Shown here: positions 48,250-63,285 of the stretch, in pieces
Numbering within the stretch: position 1 is the first letter of the stretch
Layout: the number at the start of each line of letters is the position of its first letter
From: the human T2T-CHM13v2.0 reference genome, Homo sapiens
Length of the DNA: 64,000 nucleotides
NCBI RefSeq assembly: GCF_009914755.1
Contig: NC_060936.1
Strand: one strand, 5' to 3'
The notes under the pieces: generated by a model
Database searches by the model: none
The model's input: only the letters and a program-made list of their open reading frames with translations
What the model was told of the DNA's origin: nothing
Program-made: the position numbers and the translations under genes

Positions 48250-49898
48250 AAAAGAAGAGTGAAAAGATATGTACATACACATGAAGAGAACTATTTTTAA
48301 ACTTGAAATGTGTCTTCTCTCCCTATCAGTGTGCAATGTTATTTCAATACTCAGTTCATACTTCTTGTAATAAATTAAACAGTGGCATATCTCTGATATA
48401 CACCATGGAAGATCTCATGTTTTTAAGCACTACCAGGTGTACTAAAAATAAAATCACAAATGAGAAGAAATTATCTTGTCCTCACAAAAGTGAAATCTAG
48501 AAAAAGATGTGTCTAAAGTAGTTTGAACATTTCAGTGGTAAAGGCTAACTTTTTCTTTTTGCACTGCCTTATAACTAAAATATCCCAAATGCGTCACCTT
48601 CATTTACCTTTAGACACTAAGATTAAAAAAAGATATAATGGGATTTAAATAATTTTATATTTACATAGTTTATATAGTTTTAGTTATCTACTATGAATGA
48701 GGTGAGTGGCATAGCAGTCTCACATTCAAACTCAAAGAAATAAGCAACCAGGAAATAAATTCTCTTAAGAAGTCATTACCTTATTCCTTATTGAGTTGCA
48801 TCTTATTCCCTGTTGAGTTGCACACAAACTGTTGACTACGTTCCAGGAAATGTTTGTTCATAAAAAGCTAATCTCCTTTCTTCAAGGTGATGGAAAGTTA
48901 AATTACTGTGCTCAGGAGATGAGTAATATGAGTATGACTCAGAATTAAAAGGCCATAGGAACATCGTAATAATGAGTCCAATTAGTGAGTCTAGATAGGA
49001 AAACAAGGCTGAAATCTAAATTGGTCTGATAGGCATAGGCCTAATCATACAGAAAATCTGAATAGCATTATGAACCTGAATATTACATCTATCCTATGAA
49101 TTTAGATACAGGACTTCACTGGAATACAAAAAGAGGATTTCAGAAATGGGCACTAATCTATGTATGGGGTACTTTAATCAAAATGCTATATCTGACAGAT
49201 TAGCTATTTCAGGAAGCATTTTTCCAAAAGGTGTACAAACATTGAAGACATATTCATAAAATTTATCAGGTAAACTAGTGATTCTTACTTGATAGGGGTA
49301 ATGGGAGTAGTAAACATCTGCTGTGATTCTGGCCCCCCAGTATCTCTTTACTCAACTTCTGAAAAATGCCATTCTAGGCCCTGTGTTTTTGGGAAGAGTG
49401 AGGGAAGCTCATGACAAGATTCTGGGGTCCCTCCGTATGTGGTACAGAGGTAGGTACGTGGCAAAAACCAAACTCATGAGTTCTAGTTTTCAACTCTGGC
49501 TTTTCCCTCTTGGAGGGAAAATGTGAGCCTAGGGCTTCTACAGGCATCTTCTGATAACAAGGATATATATAACCAGCAAAGAAGCAGCAGGCCCCAGAAA
49601 TGGAGACATCATTTGAGCTGTGCATCCAACTGAAGCAAGCTCTATTCCTAGATTGTTCAGTTATGAGAATCAAATAATTCCCATTTAGCTTAAGTTTTCT
49701 ATCACTCAAAACTAATGGGTAGGAAAAGAAGGAAGATTGAGTGGCCTCTTATATTTACTGGGGACGTGATGAAGCAGCCTATCAAACTGGACTGATATCC
49801 CTTGGAGTCTCATATTTGGACTAAAGAACAACAGACAGGATACTGCTATTTATCAGATTTCCTGCAGCTACCTAACAGCTTGCAATCTAGATTCTGTC

Positions 49899-50373
49899 TG
49901 TGTCGGAGGTGCCCAAGACCACCCTCAGTCTTACTGATTATACACAGGAAAAGAACACAGAGCAAAGGTCACAGGTTCAGGTGGTGAAGTTGAGGAAGCC
50001 AAGCACAAGCTTCCAAGGGTTTCTACCATTGGGTTACACAGGATGCACTTCTTTCTTTAGCAATAATTTGTGGCAAGAAATGTTGTTTACCAGGGAAGTT
50101 CATTAAAGATTCAGTGCCCAGGGTTTTTACTGGGGGCTAGTCGTAGAAGCACCTTCTGCCCAGCATGTAGCCAAATGGAAGGCAGATGTTCAGCAGAAAC
50201 CACATTGTAGTTTAGACACAGTGAACCACTCTTGCCATTTAGGAAAAGTTTTATATCAGTGTAGGAAACTGTTGATTATTCAGTTCTCAAACTCCAGGCA
50301 AAAGCAAACCTTGTGAGCAGGTCTTTCTAAGGACAGTAGTCCCAGGCCTGCCATGTTAACTGTTTTCTGCATA
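49899..50373. mobile_element. ERVL LTR (MER77-like)
   Basis: tgtgtcgg...cccaagaccaccc...cagtgcccagggtttttactgggggct...caggcctgccatgttaactgttttctgca. Confidence 0.75.
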
Positions 50374-52387
50374 TTGCCTTTCTTATGGTATACTTCAAGA
50401 CCTTAACTTAGGACACTCTCTCTTTCATATGCCAACTGCCACTTGCCACCTTCCATGGAGAAAGCTCTTGTTTACTGGACTGGATATCCACACAGATGTT
50501 GCAGATGAGTTTAATGTCCTATCACGTGCCTTCTTCTCATGGAAGACAGAGCTCATTTCAGGTTCCAGCCTGTCCTTATATGCCCTGCTTTGCTGCAACC
50601 AAGTAAACTAGACTACAAGCCACAGGGGAACTAGAAAATGTTCTATTTATTTTAATATCTGGACTTCTAAGTGCATGCTACTTCTTTAGTGCATATTTGT
50701 TGAATGAATACCTATATCCCAAGATGGAAATGTGCCCTGCCCCTGGATGAACAGGTCTTCTGCATTGCCTCGTCATTGTGTAGCTGCTCCCTTGAACATG
50801 GTACATGCACACACACATAAGGCATGCCACTTTTTGATACAGACGTGCAGGCAAACTATCCCAATCTCAACTGTAGAATGGCTGCTTCAGTTGCTAGAGC
50901 TAAAACTAGTTTACTGCTTTAGTGACAAGCCACCAAATTAACTTGAAGAATGCACAAATATGCCCACAGAATGAGACTTCTGTTCATATGAACAATTTTA
51001 AAATCAGAATTTAAAAACCAGAGTAACTTGCTGGTCCTACTGTGAACAACTAAGAAAAATGCTTTGTTTTTATAATACTCTGAACACTGTACTAAAGAAA
51101 AGTGATGAGCATTTTGGTGGCTAGAAAATCTACCTAGAACACACCCTGCATTCATCATCTCTGTCTTGCTGCTCTGGCTGCTCTCCACAGATCCCAGATG
51201 TAATCTGCTCATAAACAGCCTGTAATACTGCTCATCCAAGCTGCACAGTGCGCTGTGGGCCTGGCAACCTTCCTCTGTGGGAAGCATGGCTGCAGATGAC
51301 TAGCTGAAAATAAAACTAAACTCCAGGCTGAATGTATCATCATGATTTTAATTAAGTTTCTAGAAGAGTTGCTTCATTTTGTGGCATTTTTCTCTTTCTC
51401 ATTTACAAATATGGTCTAAGAATACTACCTTTAAGTAAATAAGGCATTTTGAATCAAAGTACAGTAAATGTGTATGAGTGAATTTTCCTCATTATTAGTC
51501 TTGCAAATGCTGCTGATTTTAATATAGGATGCTATCCTTTAAGACATCTTATGTCTATAAACATTAATATTTTAAAACATGCTACAGAATCACACAGCTA
51601 GAGAAATCTCAGGAAGCAATCATGTATATCTTTTTAACCTAAAGAAAAAAGTCTGCCACAAATTGAAACAGGCCTTCAAAAGGTACTAGGCCTTTATTAA
51701 AATGCCCAGAAAAAAAAAAAAAAAACTACACTTCTATGGATAACTTATTCTACTGTCTCTCACAGATGAGATGTCCTTTGAAAATTTTAACACCTCTTTA
51801 GCTGTGACTAAAAATTTCTGTCAGGTTACACTATATTTGGTATAAAAAGTATATTCCTAATTTTGTTTCCCTATTGAAATATAACAGCTGATTAAGAGGA
51901 CTCTCATAATCTGTAAAACACCATAAATGCTAAAAACATGACAACTTTATCACGATAGACAAACTTGTTTGTAATAAAATTCACCTATGTTGGACAAAAT
52001 CTAATTCTTGCAGATACAGAACTTTGTTTTCAACTGAGTTCATCTTAGCACAGCTTCCTATAGGTTTAATAATCCCAATTTTCAATTCTTGAAGTCAGTA
52101 ATTCCAACTATCATTTATTAGGAAAGAAATTGAGGCTATGGGCAAATTACTACCTGAATTATTACCAAATCACTGTGTGAATAACTAGACAAGCTTGTAA
52201 ACTAAATTTCATCAGAAGTCAGTCATTGTCAGTCCTCCTGCTGTTTATGGGGATTGCCTTGATATGCACATTTATATGTACACATGCATACCTACACACA
52301 ATAGATATGAAAGTCACTAGATAACTTTCCCCAGTGTTATCCAGGGGAAAGTTACAGCATTTAACACACTTGTCCACTGAAATATGA

Positions 52388-52447
52388 AACTTGAAAAAAA
52401 CAGTTTCAACTTGAAAGAAACAGTTTTAACTTGAAAGAAACCATTTT
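52388..52447. repeat. 20-bp tandem repeat x3
   Basis: aacttgaaa(a/g)aaac(ag/ca)ttt(c/t), three copies. Confidence 0.85.
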
Positions 52448-54112
52448 ATTTCATCAGTTTCTGTGAAAGTTAAACCTAGTTTTCTGTCCTGCTGGGTCTA
52501 TACTTGGTTGTATGTTTCCAGGCAACCAAAAGGATGAGGATGGGGTGGAGGCAGAAAATCTCAGTTGCATTATTCAGGCCATGTAAATATTAAATCAATT
52601 ACTAAAATTCTTATTAAAGTGAGAGCTACTTAAATGTGGGGGATTCATAGGTCTTCTACGATTATTTTAAATTGAACGTTGATAAAGTGGAGATGGTGAC
52701 AGTAACATTTTTGCCCAATATCCCTTGAAGTATGAAAACAGGCAAAACAATTATGAGGGAAGATAAAGTAAAAAAACTTTGTTTTGCAAGGTCCATTAGG
52801 AAGCAAAATATATTTTTATTTGATTCTTTTTATAAATAGAAAAATCAGTTGCTCCAATTTTTGTCTCTTAGATTTTTTCCAGTGTATATAGTGAGTTATT
52901 TATTAGAAGATACAATGCAAATTAACCCATAAATCAATTTATATAAGTAGAAGTTTGACTGTATTTACATGCTATCATATTCATGCTTAATTAGTTGTAG
53001 TTACTACATTTTAGTAATCCTTTGTAATTTTCTTTGTATTTCAAAATAACACACAAATCTTCTAAATAAGAAAGCCACTTATTAGCTCTTACAAGTAGAG
53101 ATTTGTATTTAGTCTTTCAAATATTTTCACTTCCATGATAATCCACCCACATGCAAAATGATGAAAGAGAACATATATGTATTATTCATAGATGTAGTGA
53201 GCAAATTTAAATTGTTCATGCTGATTTTCCTAATTTTCTCAATGAAGAAAGAGAAAATATTTTTTGAGTTTACAAGCCAATCCATAATTTATAAGACTCC
53301 AAAAATCTTTTTGTGTAGCACTCAAGAAGAGTTTTCTACAGAAAAATGGACCTCAGTGCCCTAGGATTCCTACAAAACTCTATCAAAACCATAATGTACC
53401 TGATATATACTACTAATATAGAATCTGCCCATAATGTAGAGTGATGTTTTAATGGAAAAGTATGTTAAACGATGATCTAATTTTGAGTGTTAAGATTACA
53501 ATTCCTCTACCCATAGATTACAATTCACCTACCCATTACTTTGGAAATAGAATGAGGTGCATCTCACCAACCATCCTCCTGCAGAAAGCCCTCTGACCTG
53601 TGAAACAGGAAGCTGTAAATGTCTGGAAAGTATGTGGATTGGACACATGTCTTGGATTAAATTATCTTACACGCCACTGGAATGAACCTGCTTGATTCTC
53701 CACTTTCTCTGCTTCATTCTGAGCGTTCTTGCCTCCCCTGGGTACTGGAAAGAGAATGGAGCCTTAGAATCAATGCTCCCAACCCACCCATTCTTTTTCC
53801 CGGCACTTTCCACCTTTACAACTACGCCTCCAAAAGTTTCAGTCTATTGCAGCTATGGTGGGAGCCACATAGGAACTTCTCAGGGATGCAAAATTCATGA
53901 ACCACAATTCCCTGGCCAGAAGAACCACATAGACTTATCTATTACCAGGATCGGAGAGAGCGGGCCCCTTTCTTCCTAAATTTCACTTTTTCTCTTAATT
54001 TATTCTGACAATGAGGAGACAGAAAAAGCTGCATGATAGTGATGTAGAGTCTAATGGTGTATCTCTGGATACACAAAGAGCCATCTCAGGTAACAACTTT
54101 AATCCTTGAAAT

Positions 54113-54330
54113 GAGACTATTATCTTCCTGTTAATTATTCCATTATTTCCTAATGTTTTTAATAATAAAACCCCCCAAACAACTACAAAGAGTTAGGAGC
54201 TTGCTCTGGGGTTATGAGTACAGAGACTGTTTTCTTCCTGTTAATTATTCCATTATTTCCTAATGTTTTTAATAATAAAACCCCCCAGACAACTACAGAG
54301 TTAGGAGCTTGCTCTGGTGTTATGAGTACA
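54113..54330. repeat. 110-bp tandem duplication, each copy carrying AATAAA on the plus strand
   Basis: Copies at 54113-54222 and 54223-54330; AATAAA at 54164 and 54274. Confidence 0.95.
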
Positions 54331-56685
54331 GAGGAAACTGTGTGGCTGCATTTTGTTCCTCAGAACCCGAGGAAAAAGAAATACCTGGAGCTGAAGCAAT
54401 AGATTGTGTTAGTAGAGAAGGAGAGAAAGGAGAAGAAAGGCAAGGCGGGGAGGGGAGGGGAAGAAAGCCAGGATGTGGCTGAGGAGGATGAGGAGGGGCA
54501 GAGGTGAGATGAAAGTCATAAGGAAGAAACTAGGGATGCAAAAGTACCAGGATCCTGGTGTTAAGAGTTTGATGGTGGTAAGCTGGGTTTTCACTCTCAC
54601 CCTTATATCCAGACCCACACTCTTCCTTACACCACAATTACTGTCAGGTCTTGAGCATAGAGGTAAGGTAAAAAGCAGGATTTGGTATTTGGGAGGACCA
54701 GGAAAACAGACCTTGTATGAAAAGCATGAGGAAGATGGAAGGCAACTCTATGGGGCAATTCAGAACGGGCACTTAGCTGGTAATATGGCCTGAACAGTTA
54801 TTGATACGTGAAGAATACAGACATATCAGAGATGGGCTATATCAGGATTTAAAAAATTAATAAGCATAAAGAAAGAGTTTTTTTTTACTTGATTATATTT
54901 AAAAGGGTATAATTTCAGGGGAGCAGAGGCAAGTTGTGCTCACAAGGAATACAGTGACATATATGTATTTTTCATGTTTGGAAACCTCCAGGATAGAGAT
55001 TAATAACAGTTGAAAAAATGAATATTTTGCATTCAATTTCCAAATAAAAATTAAATAATTACACTACAATTTTTCTATTATACACTGTTGTGAGGTCTAA
55101 ATGTACAATACTTCCTAATCATATAATTCTTTTATAAGTCATTTCTTATTTCTAAATTCTATCTTAAATAGGCTGTCTTCTCTGAATCAGTTTTACAGGG
55201 TGAGGAGGATGACATTTACAATGGGACTAGCAAATTCACCAAATAACAAAATATGAACAGCTTGCATTTGTCAATAAGGTGGAAAAAAAAATCGCCATTC
55301 AATTTTTCTGGATTTGGTGCTCTTTGTTTTGCCTACCATGAATATTTCAGAAGAATATGTTCATCTTTAATTTATTGCCATAGTATTTCAGAACACTCAT
55401 TAAATACATACAGACCTGGTATAAACATGTCCAGAGTTATCAAAACACAATGTTGGCTTTATGAATAAATGCAAGTCTTTATGTAGAAATGAAGATTCTG
55501 AAATAAGGTGAATGTGAAACAGCCTAAGCTGTGAAGTCATGGTAGTCAAGGGGATCTGATTTTTAAATTCAGCCCCCACTAAGTGTTCTGCACAGAATAA
55601 TTTATTTAATCTAAGTTGTTTAAATGGTGCTAGTGAGACATATAGGATTTTACTGAGAATTAAACGAGAAACAGTAGGTAATTTGCAGTGTGGGAACTCA
55701 ATGAGTTATCCGTTTTCTTTTCATTACTCTTCTTACAGTTTGTTTTTTTTTTTTTTTAAGAGAGTAAATAACATAGAGTGTGCCTCCCTGGATACACAGG
55801 TAATCCATAAATGTTCCCATTCAACTCCTAGTTCCGTGTTCCCAGGTGAAAGTAATAAATAAATCATAGATATCTTTTTTAAAAAAGTACTACAATTTTT
55901 ACCTTTTTAAGAAGGGTCCTTAGATACATTAGTGTTATTTGACTCTCTCAACAGCCCTTAGAAGAAGAACTAGAACCCTGTCCCCTGCTTCCTCGTGCAG
56001 GACTATCTACTGTGTCATGTACAAACACATTTCCATCTTGAATAATCAAATGAAGCACAAACACCCTAGCAACCCTAGAAAGTGCTACTATTTATTATGA
56101 CATGCATGTCCATCTTTAATAATGGCTGTATTTTAATAAATATATCTGTATCTTTATAACTTAACCATTTCTCTGAAGCAAAAGGTCTTTTCTTCTATAC
56201 TTACAGATGATAAACTATGCATTGATGCTCTAACCACCTATGTGGTATAGTTAATACTTGGAGAAAAGTCAAGGTTTTTTTTGAGGATATAACCATTGTC
56301 AAGCTGCCTATGTGTTATAGGTGAAGCTTTGATAAGTCTAAGGAATTTTTTTCAGATGTAACCATTGCCTGGCTTTAATATATGAATACATTTGGAATAC
56401 TAATGGGCTTGCCTCCTGTTAGATGGATATTCTCTTCTGTTCTCTTGCATTCCAGGTGTTATGGCAGAGGAAATCAACAGCCTTGGGAACCCACAGAAAA
56501 AGTGGACAGCTGCAGGACTCAGGTTCTAATTTCAAGAAGTTATGATTCACTAAGACTTTCTGATAGGAAAAGCATTCCCTACTACAACCAGAGGGGCTAC
56601 GTATGACTCTATGTGTGGTTTAATTAATTGGTTAGGCAAAGGGAGGATAACATGGCTAAAATTTTAAATTTTAGTCAGAAATGTA

Positions 56686-56990
<305 letters not shown>

Positions 56991-58899
56991 TTAGGTCAGA
57001 AATGTTATCTCATCAATCTCTCAAGAGCTTAAGTTACTTTGCACTCTAATATGTGTTCCTGCTAGACACAGCATTTAACAGAGTGAACATGAAAATGTTG
57101 GCCTTGGCAAGAACACGACTATATTTATCTTAAAAAAAATGAGTTTTTAAAAATTAATACCCACGCTTTGCTTAAGTGAGCTGGCTTTGGAATACCACCA
57201 ATGTCTTTTTCACTTAAGACTATTTTAAGTTCAACTATTTTGTTGTTTGGTCACTAAATGTAACGATTGTTTTTGTCACAGTCATGTATCTTATTTTGTT
57301 GTTTTAGGATACTGTAATCTCATCCTGTTGTCTATCTCTATGATAAACAGATTTAATACAAGTTAGAGAACAAAAGAAAAAAAGTGCCGGGGAATCATAA
57401 AAGGGGATTTAATACAGGCTTTACCCTTCCTTGGCTTTTGTTTCAGCCTGCAACTGACATTGCTTTCAATGTAAGTACAGTACCCCAAATTCACATTTTT
57501 CCCCTTATTTTTCTGAATGCATCAGGACAAAGTCTGTTTCCACTATCTTTTGCAGTGTTGGTGCCCTTCCCAGACATAGGCTCTGAGAAGTTTCTGAGTA
57601 TCAAAGAAATTACTGACCACCAAACTAATAGGAAATATAAAATTAGGTTCCTTTAGCTGGAAATTCAATGAGCCAAAGACGGTGGGGGTACGTCTAAAAA
57701 TTAGGAGAGAACAGACAGGGTAGGAAAGGAATTAGAATCAAAGAAGGTGAGCAAGACACATTGCCAGGATGCTTTCAGATGGACAGTATGGTTTGTTTAT
57801 GTAGTAATCATTATGAGAGCTCCCTGAGCTTGCTTCTTCAGAAATTCAGGGCTGATTCTGACACTTACCACACAGCAGTCTCTTCTGACTCCCATGAGGG
57901 CTGGAAGTAGGTGCTGAACCAGATTTGGAACCAGGTAGAAATGGCCCAGGACCACCCTGATCCTCAGCTCCTCCACTCAGTTCCTTTTTCCCCACAATGA
58001 TCAACCTTCCTAGGAATTCAATAGATATAATTTTCCAAAGGTTCTGATCATTTATAGGCTAACAGACCACATATATAATTGAGCTTCCTAGATGTTCTCT
58101 TTAAAATTAAGGATGTGCTTGATAATCATCTGTGAAAACTCTCTCAGCATTGACTGCCATTGGCATTCACATCCCATAATAATAGTAAATAATAATAATA
58201 ATATATTCTGTGAGGACTATCAATTCTGGACAAGAAGGAAAACTACCATGGGTAGTCGGATTACTTTCCCAGCCAAATCCCAGAGATACTACAAACAATA
58301 TGGGATCTTGGCAGTTTTCAGAACCAAACTTAGCAAATAAAACAAACACTACAACTACAGCCAAGAAACCTTGGGGAAGCAGGAAGAAGTTATCCTAATA
58401 TCCTAATATGGATAGAAAAGTTATAATCGAGGAAGATTCAGTAGCCACAGATTAGGGATGGATTGGGAAGAGCTCTCTAGTTGGCCTGTTTTTCTCTGAG
58501 TTGCCTAGTAAAAATATCACTTGCCCAGTTATTATAATGAGAAAGCAGCAGAACCTGTTCAGTGCCATCCAGAAACTACATGGCAATATCCTGGCAGCTC
58601 TGGAGCCCTGCCGTAGTGTGGGGCCATTGCCAGGAACTGCTGATCTGGCCTCGAGTATCCTCTGCCCCTCCCTGCTGTGTCTTGTGTAAACGTTAGTAGG
58701 CAAAGATTTTTGTTGACTTTCTTTTCTCAGGTCTAGGACAAGTACGTGGCCTACATACAACATAGCCGTTGAACAAATGAGTAAAGAAACAGAATAGTTT
58801 TATATGTGACCACAGATTTATGGCGTAGGAAGAAGTACTAGTGGCTTCTTTGTCTTATAAAGTATATCACATAATGATGAGTCCTCTTTGAAAGATATC

Positions 58900-61050
58900 T
58901 TGAAAGATGTGTTCCAACAAGAAGAGAAGTGCATTCCAGAGAAAGCCAAGAGATAAGGTAACCAATGGAGAGTAAATACCTTAGTAAATTTATTGTTACC
59001 TGAGTAAGCAAAAAACATATAGAATGAAAACTCCAGATGATGCCAACATGAAAGAAAAAGAGATCATAGTAGAGGAGTGAGTTGAAAGACTACTGAGGTT
59101 TCTTATTGCAGGGGAAGACAGATTAACTTTTACACATTGGAAGAAAAAAACAAATGCAATGAATCTTAAGTTAGAGATAAGAGAACAATAGACCTTGTAA
59201 CTTAAAAACAAAAAGTTTAAAATCTGAGTTGTCAACATGACAGAACATAGAAAAGATCGAAAAAATAAACAATAAAGTACGATGAATAAAAACTAAAATA
59301 AGATGGGAGAAATAAGCCTCCATACAATAATAAATACAATAAGCATATATTTTTCAAATTTAGTCATCAAAAGACTGATTTAGATTTGATTTACAAAAAA
59401 AAAAAATCTAGCATTAAATTGTCCACAAAAGACAAAGAAAGGTTGATGGAAGAGATGGACAAAAAATACATAAGTATTAACCAAATGAAATATTAAGTAG
59501 CAATTTAAATAGTACAGTAAGCAATTTCAGGAGAAAAGATACATAATTTGTTCATAAGAATAATATATTAATAAGATATAATACTAGTAAGTATACATAC
59601 ATGTGATATGTAACTACTAACTGACAGAAATGTGGGGAGAAACATATAATCTTTCATTAGAAATTGTAATACATCTTTCAGAAACGTATCAAGTAGAAAA
59701 AACTAAGCCAATATGAAAAGAATGTGAATGACACCAGTAACAATCTAAAATATATGTATATACAGTAAAAACTTTATCCAATAAATCTTACTCATTCCTT
59801 TCAAGAATATATGAATATTTTATGTATTAGACCACAAAGGACGTCTCAAAAAAGTCTCCAAAGAATCAACCTATGCAACCTCTAAGTAAAATTCAATACA
59901 ATTTTAAATTAGTAATAAAAAGGAATCTAAAAGCATGTCAGGAAAAAAATAGTTAAATGAACTCACAGCTAAATAAAGTGGAACAAGCAAGAACTAGCAA
60001 GAAAAATGACAAAACACTGAAGAGCTGAATGACAGTGAGAGTTCTGCATGTCCGAGGCTGTGTGAGCTGCATCTAAAAGCAGTAGGGCATGATATAGAGA
60101 TTTAAATAGATTTTTTCACGTCTAATGAAAGAATGAAAATAAGCAAGCTAAGGATTCTACTGAGAAATTAAAAAATGAATGTCTGCTTACAACAGTGGTG
60201 GAATAACAGGTATGAAATTTACCCTCTTACCTTAAACAATCAGAAAACCCAGTAAAACATGAGACAAAGGTTTTCAGACTTTGGACAATAAGGACAGAGA
60301 ACTCTGAAAGAACGTAAAAATGAGGTGAGCTCTGCAAGTGCCATAGCAAATTTCCGGATTGTATCATACACAAGGAGAGGGAACTCAGAGTACTGGAGAG
60401 AAAATTAAAAGCCTAACCTGTTAAAGGGTGCAGAAGAATAAAGCTACAAGTTATAATCAAACCCATATATTAGGTTGGTGCAAAGGTAACTGTGGTTTTT
60501 GCCACTAAAAGTAATGGCAAAAACTGCAATTACTTTTGCACCAACCTAATATATATACATACTCATGATATGATACATTTGGTATATCAAACCAGTGGAA
60601 AATGATAGACTATTTATTAAGGAGTGATGGAAAAACGGACTCGCTGTGTAGAACTTGATTCTCTACCTAAGTCAGAAAAACATCGGAAAAATTTAATACC
60701 TGAATATATAAGATAAAACTATAAACTAATAGAAGGAAATGTACAAAAGTATCTTTACGACTTCAGTGAAAAGCAGAATTTATTAAAGATCTAAAATGCA
60801 CGAATTATAATGGGAAAATTGTTGACTACATCAACAAAGGTCATCACAAAGTTAACAGGTTATAGACTTAGTTTCAGGAACAAAAGACTACAAAAGATTT
60901 ATAAATATAATACATAAGACACATTTTCAATTTATCAAGAAAAGGTCAGGAAAACCAACAGAGAAATGACCAAAGCATATGGATAAAATGCAGCAGTTAA
61001 AAGAATTAAAAGTGCATATAGCAACCTAATAGTAAGGAGAAAAGTCAGTG
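58900..61050 (+). mobile_element. Ancient, highly decayed L1M fragments
   Basis: Strong plus-strand A bias with L1 ORF2-like remnants (ctcattcctttcaagaatatatgaatatttt...tattagaccacaaagg); boundaries uncertain. Confidence 0.5.
60470..60549. mobile_element. MADE1 (Hsmar1-derived MITE), full-length 80 bp, TA TSD
   Basis: ttaggttggtgcaaaggtaactgtggtttttgccact-aaaagt-aatggcaaaaactgcaattacttttgcaccaacctaa, flanked by TA on both sides. Confidence 0.96.
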
Positions 61051-61144
61051 GGACAAGATTTCTAGGATGATATTATAAAACAAAATTTATGAAAATAAGC
61101 ATTTAGAAGAAGATATATATTAAATACATTACATTGTAACACTG

Positions 61145-61200
61145 TAATTACATTGCTAATATCAAATTTTCATAATTACATAGCTAATATCAAATTTTCA
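61145..61200. repeat. 28-bp tandem duplication
   Basis: taattacat(t/a)gctaatatcaaattttca, two copies. Confidence 0.9.
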
Positions 61201-62894
61201 GTAATGTTAATCATATTGACAAGTGAGTTAACAGTGGCAGGAAAAGATTAAACGAAGCAATGTCAAGAGCACGGTTTAACTGGGTAGACAATAATGATGG
61301 TGCATAAAACAGCCATAGAAACACCCTCAGCAGGAGGTAAAATCCTTATGGGGCAAGATCAGATATCTGATTCAGTCACAAGACAATTCATGGCTGAGGA
61401 GTTAGAAGTATATAGAACCCTTTGGAAAGGAATCTTGTTTTGAAAAATTAGCCCATCGATTTTCAATGAGTAAAAGACTTGACATTTATTGTCATTGTTC
61501 ACTGGAAACTTAAAAATAGCCAGTGATGACACAGGATTTTTTTTTTTAGTTAACATAGAAAGAAAGCACAAAAGTTTAGGGTTAAAAATATCAAGACCAA
61601 GCTGGTTCATCAAAGTGATGACTGAGGCCATCGCTGATTTAAAAATAACTGAGTAGTGCCAAATTTCACAAGTCCAAACATTAATCATAGGCATCATAAA
61701 AAAATTTGGAAACTAAGGAGTCTTTATGTCACATAAAGAGCTCAATGCCTGACATCATCACGACAAATCTCTGATTTACAGCATAATTTCTACAAAAAAC
61801 TTAAAGAAATCAAGAAGGCTCGACCACTTACATTTATTCAAAAGACAAAGAATACCTCCAAATGCCTTTTACTCCTATTTCCAAGAATTTAATCATTCTA
61901 ATAGGACAAATATCTGCCACCATTGAGAATATTCAAAAGAACTAGCCTTAGGAGTTGAAAAGCAGATTAAAAATTTTAATAACCAGCATCTTCAGAATGT
62001 TCCCAAATTGCTAAGGTGATTATAAAGGGGCAATATTATTAATAATTTTAGATGTTTAAATTACAGTATGGTTTTTAAGTTCCATGATGTCACAGATACA
62101 CTCCAAGCAGAACAGGACATAATTAGAAAAAGACTGAACATAATCAGGTGCTAAAATGTATTGAATTTTTCCTTTGCTCTCAGTTGTCAGGAGGAAATTT
62201 TCTGAGAAATTAAAACCAGTATTGCTTCCCTTTAAAAACATAAAAAACATGTAGATCTCCCTGTTCACTGCTAAGGAAAGTAAAAGTGAAGAGTCAAAAC
62301 TAATTTCCTTCTACTGCTAAAACCTTAATTCTGAATATGGAAGCCTTAGCTGCTAGTTTAATTATATAGACATGTATCCCAATACCACATACACTGGCAT
62401 TCTAAGGTAAATAATATAAACAGTGAAGGTTAATTATTTTCTTTTTCGTGTTACGAGAAAAACACTTTTAAAATTAATCTCATTTTTGATAAATATTCCC
62501 TGGGAACACAGAGTTGTATAGCTCACCAGGCAGCTGAGTAGGCTTTGGCTCGCAACATCATTATATATTAAAAACATTTATCAAAAGCACAGTAATAACC
62601 TGACTTCTACAAAATTTAGAAGTCCTTGTGTTTAAGTAATTAGTAAACTTAGTATCTCTTGCCTTCCAAGTCGGTAGTCATTGTCTTGCGGAAGGATTAT
62701 CATTTAAATAATCAAAGTATAAACATAAGACAATTTGTTCTTCTCACTGGGTGTGCACAGGTACTAACAATTTCACCATCTTCCCAAACATATACGGTGG
62801 GGAAAACAGAGCTTCAGTCCTTCTCTACCTTAGGTGATCTCCTGAGACTATGAGAATGCTCTCCTGTAATTATACCAGCCCCTATTAAACAAGT

Positions 62895-63270
62895 CACAAA
62901 TTCAATTGACAAATTTATTGAACACCTGCTATATATCATTCACTATGCTGGCAGCAAAACCAAACACGGTCCCTTTTCTCCAAAGGCAGGAGACACCCAT
63001 CAATCAAATATGTGCAAACAAATCTAAAATTCAAATTTGATAAGGACTGCAGAGAAGCATTTGGAGCTTTGAGCACATGAACTAATGGGGTGTTCAGAAG
63101 AGTCTTCCCTGAGGAAGAGATGATGAAATATGTTCTTACAAGTTAGCTCAGGAAACAGGGAAAGGAACAACATTTATTCAGAAGAAATGGCATGTGCAAA
63201 AGCATGCGGTAGGAAAGAGGGTATTTAGAACCAAGACAAAAGCCAGTGTGGCTGAAAAGCAAAGGAGTCT
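62895..63270. mobile_element. L2 3' fragment
   Basis: ttcaattgacaaatttattgaacacctgctatat...cttccctgaggaagagatga...ggcatgtgcaaaagc. Confidence 0.6.
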
Positions 63271-63285
63271 CTGTAGGTAGTTCAG

